NCBI GenBank assembly: GCA_963709585.1
Contig: CAVPXI010000016.1
Coordinates: 133,063 to 197,062 of the forward strand
Direction of reading: 5' to 3'
Source of the DNA: Candidatus Dormiibacterota bacterium
GTDB lineage: Bacteria > Chloroflexota > Dormibacteria > Aeolococcales > Aeolococcaceae
Length of the DNA stretch: 64,000 nt
The notes under the pieces are model-generated. The model was not told the DNA's origin. It saw only the letters and a list, made by a program, of their open reading frames with translations, and searched no databases. The translations under genes and the position numbers were made by a program. Each line of letters starts with the position of its first letter. The stretch's first letter is position 1. Of the stretch, positions 29,280-39,662 are shown piece after piece.

Positions 29280-30899
29280 TTATTCTTCGAACCGGCCGTT
29301 GGCCTGAGCTCGCATCAACATCGCGAGAATGTCGTCTCGATACGGCGCGATGGTCACGATCTTGCGGTAGAGCTTCAGAGCGCCCTTGTCGTCATTGCGC
29401 AACCTGCGAAGCCGCGTCACGCGCTCGAGGTAGGAGACGGCAAGGTCGATATCGTGATCGTCGATGCAGATATCGGCGAGTCGAAGCAGCGGGGTTTCGT
29501 GCACCGGGTCCGCGCGTGACGCGGCGAGATAGCAGCTGAGCGCCGCATTCCCCTTGCCGAGGGCACGGCATCGATCGCCGGCGTCGAGCGCGAGCTCTGC
29601 GAGCGCGCGACCACCGACGTCGTTCGCGAGTTGCTGCAGGAGCGCGGCCGCCTCGTCGCAACGCTTGCGGCGAAGACGATCGTTGATCTCGAGACGTGCT
29701 TCGATGACCTCGGGGTCGGTTTCGAAACGAGCGTCGCCGGGGTCGTTGTCCGAATCCAGCTCGTACGCCTGGTCCGCATCGTCGTCGCGGAGGCGCCACC
29801 CTCTCGTCGTGGCGCCGTTCGGTGGGTCAGGCACAACCGGTGCCGGTGCGTCGTCAGGCGACGGTTGATCGAGTGCTTCGAACGTGTCGGGGGCCGAGGC
29901 CGGGTCCGTGGGCGCTTCGTCCACCGGTTCCGAGCGCTGGACCACGGTGAAATCAGTGAGGTCACTGAGGTGGAAGCCGTCCTTCGGCTTGACGAAGGAC
30001 TCGGGGTCCTCGCCCGCCACATCCGGGTGGGGTGCCGATCCATTCGCTGCCGGGCCGACAGGTTCGACCGTAGTCGAACCATCCGAATCCGGGGCAGGCT
30101 TGACCGCCTTGGCCGCAGCCGCGCCGGTTCGCCGGAAGAGCGTGAACGCGGGGCGGGTTGGCGGCTGCTCCGCAGGCGCCGCCTCGGCGTCCGGCTCGGA
30201 TGGGAGTGCCGTCGCGGGATCCGTTCCGGGGTCCGTCGTGGTGGCCGCCTCGAGCTCGACTTCAGGAGCGATGGGTGCAATGTCCGACGGCTCTTCCGGG
30301 GACAGCTGGGCGTCGAGCTCGGCGAGGCCCGCCTCGACACGGTCGGCCGCCGCCTCCGCAGCGGCTTGATCGGATTCGGCCTCGTCGACCGATGCCGGTG
30401 TGAGATCGGGCTCGAGCTCGGGCTCGGGGGCGGCGATGATGACCTCGGGGGCCGTCGACTCGGTATCCGGACGATCCGCGGTGGTGACGTCGGGGGCGGT
30501 CGCGGCGACCTCAGTCTTGACATGGGCGTGACGCCCGAGCGCCGCGACCTCCTCCGCCCCGATGAGCGTGGTGTCCTGCGCGGCGTGGCCGTTTGCGCCA
30601 TCGCGGCGACGCGGCGGCTCCGGAAGGGCATCGAGCGAGAGCAGATACTCGTAGACGGCCCGTTGCAGGCGCCTGGTGAGGAAGTACAGCTCATCGGTGG
30701 GAAGCGAGTCCGCGGCATCCGCGGCCACCTCGCCGACCATCTTCAGAAGTGACTGCTCGTCAAGGCGTTCGTCGACGACAGCAGCCTCGAGACTGCGCTC
30801 GAGCGCCTCAGGCAGTGTGTCGAGGCCAGGTGCCAGGGCTGAGGCCGCGTCGAGCCAACCCTGGCGCAGGATCTCCACGTTGGTTGTGGTCATGGTCAT
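29280..30899 (-). CDS. Acidic low-complexity protein with C-terminal TPR-like repeats
   Basis: Helical N-domain, long D/E/P/A-rich linker, then ALDAGDRC..G..AALSCYLAA..DP and LADIC..AVSYLERV, ALKLYRKIV..AP. Confidence 0.75.
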   Translation of the reverse strand: MTMTTTNVEILRQGWLDAASALAPGLDTLPEALERSLEAAVVDERLDEQSLLKMVGEVAADAADSLPTDELYFLTRRLQRAVYEYLLSLDALPEPPRRRDGANGHAAQDTTLIGAEEVAALGRHAHVKTEVAATAPDVTTADRPDTESTAPEVIIAAPEPELEPDLTPASVDEAESDQAAAEAAADRVEAGLAELDAQLSPEEPSDIAPIAPEVELEAATTTDPGTDPATALPSEPDAEAAPAEQPPTRPAFTLFRRTGAAAAKAVKPAPDSDGSTTVEPVGPAANGSAPHPDVAGEDPESFVKPKDGFHLSDLTDFTVVQRSEPVDEAPTDPASAPDTFEALDQPSPDDAPAPVVPDPPNGATTRGWRLRDDDADQAYELDSDNDPGDARFETDPEVIEARLEINDRLRRKRCDEAAALLQQLANDVGGRALAELALDAGDRCRALGKGNAALSCYLAASRADPVHETPLLRLADICIDDHDIDLAVSYLERVTRLRRLRNDDKGALKLYRKIVTIAPYRDDILAMLMRAQANGRFEE

Positions 30900-30995
30900 G
30901 CGCTGCGGCCAATTGTGGTCGGCGCCGGCCCTGCTCTCTGGCACCATGGCGCAACGACTCTGTGACCGCTCGTCATACACGGGAGAACCCTTTCG

Positions 30996-31886
30996 GTGAC
31001 AGCCATCGTCGTCGAGGGCCTGCGCAAGTCCTACGGCGCCGTCGAAGCGGTTCGCGGGATCAGTTTCACCGTGGAGGAGGGGGAGGTCTTCGGGCTCCTC
31101 GGCCCGAACGGTGCCGGCAAGACCACCACGATTGAGATCCTCGAGGGCTACCGCACCCGAGACGCTGGAACGGTGACGGTGCTCGGGATCGACCCGCACG
31201 GTGGCGGCAGAAGGCTCCACGAGCGCGTCGGGCTCGTGCTCCAGGAGGCGGCCGTGCCGCCGATGCTGTCGGTGACCGAGCTTGTCGAGCTCTATCGGGG
31301 CTACTACCCGGCGCCGCGCCCCGCCGCGGAGATCATCGAACTGGTCGGGCTTACCGAGAAGGCGGGCGAGCGGGTGCGAAAGCTGTCCGGTGGCCAGCAG
31401 CGCCGCCTCGACGTCGCTCTTGGCCTGGTGGGTGACCCGGAGCTGATCTTTCTGGACGAGCCGACCACCGGCTTCGACCCGTCCGCGCGCCGCGCCGCCT
31501 GGGAGGTCGTGCGGAACATGCGGACGCTCGGCAAGACCATCGTGTTGACCACTCATTACATGGACGAAGCCCAATACCTCGCCGACCGCATCTGCGTGAT
31601 CGCCGCGGGGCGGGTGGTTGCTCAGGGCACGCCGGAAACGCTGCGAGCCGGGGCCGAACAGCGGACCCAAATCCGATTCGAGCTCCCCGACGGCGTCAAG
31701 GCCACCGCCCTGCCGCTTGCGGTGCGGTTCGAGGACGGGACCGCGATCATCGAGACCGCGACTCCGACGCGGAGTCTCAACGACCTGACCACGTGGGCTG
31801 TCGCCCATGGGTTCGAGCTTCCCAACCTCGAGGTGACACGGCCGTCGCTCGAGGACGTGTACCTGGAGCTGACCAGGCATGAGTAG
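30996..31886 (+). CDS. ABC-2 exporter ATP-binding subunit
   Basis: [33 protein letters not shown]. Confidence 0.93.
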   Translation: MTAIVVEGLRKSYGAVEAVRGISFTVEEGEVFGLLGPNGAGKTTTIEILEGYRTRDAGTVTVLGIDPHGGGRRLHERVGLVLQEAAVPPMLSVTELVELYRGYYPAPRPAAEIIELVGLTEKAGERVRKLSGGQQRRLDVALGLVGDPELIFLDEPTTGFDPSARRAAWEVVRNMRTLGKTIVLTTHYMDEAQYLADRICVIAAGRVVAQGTPETLRAGAEQRTQIRFELPDGVKATALPLAVRFEDGTAIIETATPTRSLNDLTTWAVAHGFELPNLEVTRPSLEDVYLELTRHE

Positions 31887-32652
31887 CGCCGGGATCGCGC
31901 TGCGTCAGGTCTCGTTTGAGCAGAGGTCGTTCTGGCGCAACCCCGCAAGCGCTTTCTTCGCGTTCCTCTTCCCGATCATCTTTCTGGTCGTGTTCGCCAC
32001 GCTGTTCAAGGGGCAGCAGGTGCTGGTCGGCTCGACCAGGACGTCGTATGACGATTACTACATTCCCGCGCTGGTCGCGTTCGGGGTCATGGGCGCGTGT
32101 TTCACCAACATCTCGATCACGCTCTCGCTTCGGCGCGATAACGGCATTCTCAAGCGCCTGCGAGGGACGCCACTCCCGCCCTGGGCATTCATCGCGGGTG
32201 TCGTCGGCTCGTCCATCATCGTCAGCATCGTGCTGGCGCTGCTCACCACGGGGTTCGGCATCCTGGTGTACGGCGTCCACGTGCCCCAGCACATTGGTGC
32301 AGCAGCCGCATCGATCGGCGTCGGTGCGCTGGCATTCTGTGCGCTCGGGATGGCCATGACCATCGCGATTCCCAACGCTGAAGCCGCGCCGGCGATCGTC
32401 AATGGCGTCTTCCTGCCGATCGTGTTCATCTCTGGAACGTTCTTTCCCGTCCCGTCGTCGTCGGTCCTCGCGCAGATCGCCGAGTGGTTCCCGGTGCGCC
32501 ATTTCATCAATGCGATGTTCACGGCGTTCGACCCTGCGCACCAGTCCGCGAGCGGGTTCAACGGAACCGACCTGTTGATCATGGCGGCGTGGGGCGCGGG
32601 CGCGGTGCTGCTCTCCGCCTTGCGATTCCGCTGGGAACCACGCAAGAGCTGA
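31879..32652 (+). CDS. ABC-2 exporter permease
   Basis: FWRNP, GILKRLRGTP, FISGTFFP, six TM segments. Confidence 0.92.
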   Translation: MSSAGIALRQVSFEQRSFWRNPASAFFAFLFPIIFLVVFATLFKGQQVLVGSTRTSYDDYYIPALVAFGVMGACFTNISITLSLRRDNGILKRLRGTPLPPWAFIAGVVGSSIIVSIVLALLTTGFGILVYGVHVPQHIGAAAASIGVGALAFCALGMAMTIAIPNAEAAPAIVNGVFLPIVFISGTFFPVPSSSVLAQIAEWFPVRHFINAMFTAFDPAHQSASGFNGTDLLIMAAWGAGAVLLSALRFRWEPRKS

Positions 32653-32665
32653 GCGGCACGCCGCT

Positions 32666-33259
32666 TCAGGCGGTACCGGCTGCTGATTCGTTCCGCGTCT
32701 GCACACCGGCGAGGACGAGCGCGTCCTCGAGCCTCGTCCCTCCATAACGACCGCGTGCGACGATGATATTCACGAGGTTGCCGACGCGCCACACGATGGT
32801 GATCTCGACGGCCTGAATGGCGCTCGACGTTGTGCGCACGACGCTGACCGCATGCGCCTCGTCTCCGAGCGGACCGGTTGACGTCGGTACCGCACCCGGA
32901 ATCGCGTCGAGCCGGCGCACGCTCGCGCCGTAGCCGCTCGAGGCACCACCTACCGTGGCGAACCGCTCGACGGTTGCCACGACGTCAATCGGCCCATTGC
33001 TGACGGCGAAATCGACCGCGCGCTGGTACTCGACGCGTGCCGCGGCTTGAAGGCCGTCCTTTGAGAGCGCAGACGCGAGCGAGGAATCGCCGGAGGCGAG
33101 CGTCGCTGCGTCGACGTGCGCTGCCGGGCTCGTCACCGTAAAATCCGGTGCGACCAGTTGATCGATGGTGATCAGGTCGTGGACTGGATCGCCGCTGGAA
33201 AGCGATGGCGAGGCAGTGCCGCACGCGACGAGCATGATCGCCGCCGTCCCGGCGGCCAT
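32666..33259 (-). CDS. Putative lipoprotein
   Basis: Lipobox LVAC after a hydrophobic stretch; last gene of the CAP/ABC operon. Start is 33259 or 33292. Confidence 0.7.
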   Translation of the reverse strand: MAAGTAAIMLVACGTASPSLSSGDPVHDLITIDQLVAPDFTVTSPAAHVDAATLASGDSSLASALSKDGLQAAARVEYQRAVDFAVSNGPIDVVATVERFATVGGASSGYGASVRRLDAIPGAVPTSTGPLGDEAHAVSVVRTTSSAIQAVEITIVWRVGNLVNIIVARGRYGGTRLEDALVLAGVQTRNESAAGTA

Positions 33260-33297
33260 GGTTCCAGCCCTCCACCCGCCGACGGGGTGCACCGGGG

Positions 33298-35788
33298 CTA
33301 CTCGTGTCGCAGCGCGCTGAGCACTGAGGTTCGCACCGCTCTGCGAGCTGGACCGATGGTGGCGACGACCGCGGCCAGTACCACGACGACGATGAGCACG
33401 ATCACGGTTTCGACGGGAAAGACGAATCCCGGCGCGAAGGTTGGCGTGGTGCTCGCCTGCAGCATCGGCACGGCGATCAGACAGCCGGCGCCGACACCGA
33501 TCATGGTTGCGGCACCGGCGAGGAGACCCGCCTCGACGAGCACCCGTCGCATCGCCTGACGGCTGCCGAGCCCGACCGCCCGCAGCAGCGCAAGCTCTCG
33601 CGTCCCCTGGCGGACGTTGACGAGCAGCGTGTTCACCACCGCGAGCATGGCGATGAGCACGGAGACCACCGCGACCGCGAGCAGGAGGCCGATCGAGTGC
33701 TGCAATGCGTCACGGGCGGCGCTCGCGATCACGCTCACCGGGACGGCTTGCATTCCATAGCTCGCAGCGGTGGCGGCCACGGTGGTCATCGATCCACGTG
33801 TGGTGACCAGGAGATCATCGAACCCGCCCGCCGTGGCGCCGAAGTACGTCCGGGCAAGGTCGTCGGCCATCACGAGGCTCTCGCCGCCATCGCCGGACGG
33901 AAAGGAGTGACTGATCACGCCGACGATTGAGAAGTACACGATGCCCTTCTGGGTCTCGACCGGGAGTTGCAAGCCGACCGACCAGCCCGTGGCGGCGGCG
34001 AGCCCGGCCGGCTCGAGGAAGCTGGGACCGTTTTCGAGCTCGTTCAGCGCCGCCGTCCGGTCGCCCGAGACCACATCGAGCCCACCGAGCGAGGCGTAGG
34101 CCGCGGGGTCGATCGCCGCAACCCCTTCGGAGGCGCCGGCGACGGTCTCCGATAGGAAACGGAGCGGCGTGGCCTGGGCGACTCCCGGGCTGCTGCCGAT
34201 GGCGGCCTGCACCTGGTCGTTCTGGGTGACCGGGCTGGTCACCAGCACGTCACTGGCGAACAGGTGGGAGACCCAACTGTCGCTCTCGTTGAGCGCTCCT
34301 GCGCTCAACGCGCTGACGCCCACCGCGCTCGCTACGGCAATCGAGAGGCCGGCGACGGTCATCGCGGTCCGGTTCCGGGCTCGAATCAGATGAGCCGCAC
34401 CTGGCTGCGCGCCGCTGACCAGCGGTGAGATCGCCGTCGCCATGAGTCGGATGACCAGAGGAGCGATCAACGGCAGCGCGAGCACGAGACCGAGCAGCAG
34501 GGTGACGACGCCCAGGGCAACGAGTCCGCTGGCGCTGCTGAGGAAACAGAGGGCCGCGATGAGGAGCAGCGCCGGGCTGGCCACCCGAGAGAACACCCCG
34601 GCACGCTGTCGCGCTTCGATCGGATGAGGTCGCAGAGCGACGAGGATCGGAAGCCGGGCTGCGACGAAGAGGGGCAGCAGTCCCCCGATCAGCGCAGCGC
34701 CGAGGCCGGCGGCGATCGCGGCCAGCACCTGACCCGCCTGGGGCATCAGCGACGGGGAGGCGAGATCCGAAGGCGCCAGGCTGCTGTTGAAGATCGCCCC
34801 GAGCAGCAGGCCGGCTGCGATGCCGACCGGGACCCCGGCCGTGGCGACGGTTGCGACCTCAACCGCAAACAGCCGGAACACCTGCCGCGACGACGCCCCG
34901 GCGGCCCGCAGGAGGCCGATCTCGCGCCGCCGCTCGTATGCGGCCAGAGCTGCGCTGTTGGCGGTGACCCCAGCGCCGACGATGAGGCTGAGCACCGTGG
35001 CGAGCACGAGCAGGGGTTGGAGGTCCTGCAATGGAGCGGCGGCGCCCGCGCGTGGATCGTAGGTGGTCACCGTCGAGCCGAGCCTGGCGTGCACCTCGCT
35101 CGACACCGCCGCCACGGTCGAGCCGGGCCCGAAGCGCAGCGCCACCAGCGGGGTATGCAGACCGAGCGCGAACGGGCCGAACATTGCCGCGTTATCGACG
35201 AAGACCGCATCGTGGGTGAAGGACGGCCCGCCACTGGTTCCCGACGTGAAACCGACGAACTCGGAACAGATCGGGCCCGGTTTGGGTGACCAGCTGGATC
35301 TTCTGCCCGATCTCGATCGGGGTTCCGAAGCCGCCGGTCAGGGCTGTGCTCAACCCCTCGTCGAGCGCCACCTCCGACGTGCTCCCGGGACGTGGGAGAC
35401 GTCCGGCCACCACCGAGACGGTGCGCAGCGCCGCACTCGCGTCCTGGAGACCGACCAGGGTCACCGTGGTGCCCTCGAGGCTGCTCCCCGCCGGACCGGC
35501 GGTGACCTGCTTTTCATACAGGGGGACCGCCTGGACGACTCCCGGCAGCTCCGAGAGCGTGGTGATCTGTGCCGGGGCCAGTCCGGCGCCTGAGTCGACC
35601 CGGACGTCGAGCGACGAGGCGCCTGCCTGTTGCAGCTTGGCCTCGCCCGCTTGCACGGTGAGACCCTGGATCGCGATCTGGACCGCGAGCACGACGGCGA
35701 TGCCGAGGGCAACCGCGCCGGCGGTGAGCGCGCTCCGCAGCGGACGCGCCCGCATCGCGCGAACCGCCAGCAACCAGAGGTCGCTCAC
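33298..35788 (-). CDS. FtsX/MacB-like ABC permease with duplicated domain (frameshift near 35260)
   Basis: RPLRSALT, ERRREIGLLRAAGAS..QV, second copy RELALLRAVGL, PARRA. Confidence 0.88.
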
Positions 35789-36616
35789 AGACCCAGCTTG
35801 GCGAGCCTTGCCACGAGGATCGACGGGTCCGGCATGGCATCCGGAGCCTCTCCGGCATGGCTCAGGGGGACGTCGTCGATCACCTCGCCGTCGCGCATGA
35901 TCAGAACGCGGTCGGCGTACGCCGCGACCCGTGCGTCATGGGTGACAAGGACGGCCGTCTGGTGCTCTTGACGGCAGAGCCGAATCGAGCAGGGCCATGA
36001 CCTCGTGGCCGCTCGTCCAATCGAGATTCCCGGTCGGCTCATCGGCAAGCAGGAGCGACGGCGAAGCGGCGAGGGCGCGGGCCAGCGCGACCCGCTGCTG
36101 CTCTCCGCCGGAGATCTCCTCAGGCCCGTGGCCCTGGAGCCCATGGAGATTGAGCTGATTCATTACCGCGTTGACGCGATCTCCGATCACCTGACGGGAG
36201 AGCTTCTCCTGGTGCCGGCTCGGCGCCTCGTTGCGGAGGCGGAGCGGCAGCGCAACGTTCTCTGCCGCAGTGAGGGTGGGGAGGAGGTTGAAGAACTGGA
36301 AGACCACGCCGACGTGGTCGCGCCGGAACGCCGAGCGCTCCTCGTCTCCGAGCCCGTAGATGTCGATGCCCTGGATCGTGACCGACCCCTGGTCGGGCGG
36401 CTCCAGTCCGCCGAGCATGTGGAGAAGCGTGCTCTTGCCGCACCCGCTCGGGCCCATGATGGCAACGAAGTCGCCCGCCTCGACGGTCAGCGAGACGCCG
36501 CGAATCGCCTCACGCGGCGGCCGGCTGACTCGGTAGATCTTGTGGAGGCCCGTGGCGACGACGATGCTGCCATCGAGGTCGCCCGCAGGCGCTTCGACCG
36601 TGCTGAGCTGAGTCAG
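35785..36616 (-). CDS. LolD/MacB-type ABC ATP-binding protein (frameshift near 35984; probable CTG start)
   Basis: [47 protein letters not shown] in the shifted frame. Confidence 0.88.
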
Positions 36617-36628
36617 AGTGCTGGTCCT

Positions 36629-37558
36629 TTAGAAATTGAGGAATGCTTCGAGGACGGCTTCGATCGTGTTCGGGAAGAGGCCCTCGTACTGATACACGAG
36701 CGGCGCGGGAAGGTTCTGAGGCAGGCTGCCGACCGGCACGACCACGGGGGTGGCGGTGGGCAATGGGGTCACCGGCGCTACGGTCGCGGGACCGACCCCG
36801 GGCGGCGCCGGCGCTGGGGAGTTGCGGGACGCGGGCCCCGATGACGGCGGCCTGTGGGGTGGGGGCGGTGAGGAGATGCCGACCTGGGCGAACTCTTCGC
36901 TGAACATCCAGACGTTCTTCAGGGCTGATCCACTGCCGGTCCAGGTCGCGCCTGCTGCGGTCGCATAGGACCCTACGCCCATCTCGGTGTAGTTCGGATT
37001 GAGGATGTTGGGTCGGTGGTCGCGGCTGGCCATGAAGGCGCCGTTGATGTCAGCGACGGGGTTGGGGTCATACGCGTTAAACCCGATATTCTCGGCGGCC
37101 GACCGGTAGTGGACGCCAAACGCCTGCATCATTGAAAACACGTACTGCCCGCACCCGGGGATCAGATGGGCGAAGTAGTTGCGCGTGATCATGTCCTTGG
37201 AGCGTCCGGAGATGTGGATGCCGTGGCAGTTGTATGGTGCGGCCTCTCCGATGTTCTGAAGGGTGCCGCTGAACACCAGCGAGTGCACGCCGTTGCCGGT
37301 TCGGTCCTGGTTGGTCAGCGAGAAGAGTTGGTAGTCGTAGCCTCCGTTGGCGCTTGCCACGCTTGCCGTCCCGCCCACGTGCAGCGCCGCGAGGCCGGCG
37401 GCTGTCAGGAGCGCGGCGGTCATGCCGATCGGTCGAGCTGCTTGTCGTAGACGGTCGCTGCCACGCGGGGTCGTGCCCGGGATTGCGGTCGCCACACGCA
37501 CCGCGGACGCGGTGCGAAGCAATTCGTCCCATGTCGAGGGCAGCGACCGACTTTCCAT
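36629..37558 (-). CDS. CAP/SCP-domain exported protein
   Basis: LFSLTNQDR, DMITRNYFAH, AAENIG, FMASRDHRPNILNPNYTEMGVG; TM segment and Pro-rich tail. Confidence 0.88.
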   Translation of the reverse strand: MESRSLPSTWDELLRTASAVRVATAIPGTTPRGSDRLRQAARPIGMTAALLTAAGLAALHVGGTASVASANGGYDYQLFSLTNQDRTGNGVHSLVFSGTLQNIGEAAPYNCHGIHISGRSKDMITRNYFAHLIPGCGQYVFSMMQAFGVHYRSAAENIGFNAYDPNPVADINGAFMASRDHRPNILNPNYTEMGVGSYATAAGATWTGSGSALKNVWMFSEEFAQVGISSPPPPHRPPSSGPASRNSPAPAPPGVGPATVAPVTPLPTATPVVVPVGSLPQNLPAPLVYQYEGLFPNTIEAVLEAFLNF

Positions 37559-37754
37559 GCGGCGTTCCTTCACCTGACTCGGCACTTGAAGATGACCGAT
37601 CCGTACCCGGCCGGAGCCTATCTAACCCCCCTCAGAGCCCCCGGGACGCGGCTTCGACAGGATCGTTGCACCGTTCGGGGTGCATCCCAGGGATGCTTGA
37701 CTCAGCCTCCGGGCAGGTGTTCGAACGTGATCACACGAGGTGGATTGAGCTCAC

Positions 37755-39347
37755 ATGTCGTTGCTCGACCGAGTACAGCGAAAGGCAGAGGGAAGTCCTC
37801 CTGCCCCGGTTCCAGGCGCGCCTGCGGCCCCGGCACCGCCGGCTCCGGATCGCCCAACAGACGATGGCGCCGAGCGATTCCCACCGGCAGGCTGGCAGAA
37901 CCGCCCCGGCGGCGCAGCTCCGGCGCCGGCTCCGGCGCCCGCGCCACGTCCGGTCGAGGTCGAGCGACCCGCGCCCGCCCCTGAACCACAGCGTCCGCCA
38001 ACGCTGTTGAACCGGGCCGGGGCGCTGACCCGCCCCGGCCTGAGCAAGATGGGCGGGCACGTCAACACGCATGTTGCGCTGCGCGGCAAGGTGCATCAGC
38101 GACTCGTGGAGGAACTGGCCCAGGGCACCGACTCGGTGCCGCCGGAGGTGGTGCGTCAGCGCATCGCAGAGCTGCTGAACGACGTGATCACCGAGCAGAA
38201 CATCACGATGAGCCTGCCGGATCGACTTCAACTCGTCGAGATCCTGACCAACGACGTGCTCGGCCTCGGACCCCTCGAGGAGCTGCTCGCCAGCGACGAC
38301 GTCACCGAGATCATGATCAACAGCTACAAGCAGATCTACGTCGAACAGCACGGCAAGCTGACCCTGAGCCCGGTCACGTTCGAGAGCGACCAGCAGCTGA
38401 TGCAGGTCATCGACCGGATCGTCAGCAGCATTGGCCGTCGTGTCGATGAGTTGTCGCCGATGGTGGACGCGCGCCTCAAGGACGGATCCCGCGTCAACGT
38501 GATCATCCCTCCGCTCGCGCTGCGTGGCCCGACCATGACCATCCGAAAGTTCGCCAGGGAAGCGCTCACCATCGACGACCTGATCACATACGGATCGATC
38601 ACCGCGGATATGGTCCAGTTCCTGCGGGCCTGCGTTCGCGGCAAGCTGAACGTGGTGGTGAGCGGCGGGACCGGCTCGGGAAAGACGACCACGCTCAACA
38701 TCCTGAGCAGCTTCATCCCCGAGGATGAGCGCATCGTCACCATCGAGGATGCCGCCGAGCTCCAGCTCCGTCAGGATCACGTGGTGACCCTCGAGACGCG
38801 CCCCGCGAACGTCGAAGGTCGAGGACGCGTCTCGATTCGCGACCTGGTCATCAACTCCTTGCGCATGCGGCCGGACCGCATCGTCGTCGGCGAATGTCGT
38901 GGCGGTGAAGCTTTGGACATGCTCCAGGCGATGAACACCGGCCATGACGGATCGCTGACCACGCTCCATGCGAATAACGCGCACGACTGCATCAGCCGCC
39001 TCGAGACCCTGGTGTTGATGGCCGGCGCGGAATTGCCGTCACGCGCGATCCGCGAGCAGATCGGCTCGGCGGTCAATGTAGTGGTGCAGCAGTCCCGTCT
39101 GCGCGATGGCACGCGCAAGGTGGTGAGCATCACCGAGGTGATCGGCTGCGAGAACAACGAGGTGAAGCTGCAAGACATCTTCACCTACAAGCAGACCGGC
39201 ATCGACGAGGATGGCAAGGTGGTCGGCTCGTACATGCCGACCGGCGTGCTGCCGACGTTCCTCGAGCACCTCACCACCTCAGGTGAGCAACTGTCGGAGG
39301 ACATCTTCCAGCCGATTCACGTGATGGACGGGGTCGGATCAGCCTGA
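37755..39347 (+). CDS. cpaF: CpaF/TadA pilus ATPase 1 (long form, Pro-rich N-terminus)
   Basis: GLGPLEELL, VDARLKDGSRVN, GGTGSGKTT, TIEDAAEL, LRMRPDRIVVGECRG, AMNTGHDG. Confidence 0.96.
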   Translation: MSLLDRVQRKAEGSPPAPVPGAPAAPAPPAPDRPTDDGAERFPPAGWQNRPGGAAPAPAPAPAPRPVEVERPAPAPEPQRPPTLLNRAGALTRPGLSKMGGHVNTHVALRGKVHQRLVEELAQGTDSVPPEVVRQRIAELLNDVITEQNITMSLPDRLQLVEILTNDVLGLGPLEELLASDDVTEIMINSYKQIYVEQHGKLTLSPVTFESDQQLMQVIDRIVSSIGRRVDELSPMVDARLKDGSRVNVIIPPLALRGPTMTIRKFAREALTIDDLITYGSITADMVQFLRACVRGKLNVVVSGGTGSGKTTTLNILSSFIPEDERIVTIEDAAELQLRQDHVVTLETRPANVEGRGRVSIRDLVINSLRMRPDRIVVGECRGGEALDMLQAMNTGHDGSLTTLHANNAHDCISRLETLVLMAGAELPSRAIREQIGSAVNVVVQQSRLRDGTRKVVSITEVIGCENNEVKLQDIFTYKQTGIDEDGKVVGSYMPTGVLPTFLEHLTTSGEQLSEDIFQPIHVMDGVGSA

Positions 39348-39361
39348 TCCCAGCTCGCATC

Positions 39362-39377
39362 AGTGCGCTGGCGTACA
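39362..39377. promoter_or_regulatory. Crp-family operator-like box AGTGCGCTGGCGTACA
   Basis: Exact reverse complement of 519-534. Its centre (39369.5) is 41.5 bp upstream of ATG 39411, with -10-like CACGCT at 39399-39404. Confidence 0.6.
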
Positions 39378-39410
39378 GCCGTTCTGGACGGGGAAGCGCA
39401 CGCTTGTTCT

Positions 39411-39605
39411 ATGCCAGCGGCGGATTATCGTCTCGCTCGGTGCCCCAACTGCGACGGATCGGGCGACCGTAATCGCAAGATGGAGTTCCGCCAGGGCACC
39501 GTCGGTGTGTGGGCATCCCAGGCAGGAGCGGAGGACGAGTGCTCCCGTTGCTGCGGCGACGGCCTTATCTACGAGCCGGTGAACCTGCCGCCACGGATGG
39601 CCTGA
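39411..39605 (+). CDS. Small zinc-ribbon protein (DnaJ-type CxxCxGxG repeats)
   Basis: CPNCDGSG...CSRCCGDG, 64 aa, apparently leaderless. Confidence 0.65.
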   Translation: MPAADYRLARCPNCDGSGDRNRKMEFRQGTVGVWASQAGAEDECSRCCGDGLIYEPVNLPPRMA

Positions 39606-39662
39606 AGTCGGACCGTCCGGTCGCGGCTTGTTGTCGCTCGATCGTGGGCGTACATTTCGGCC

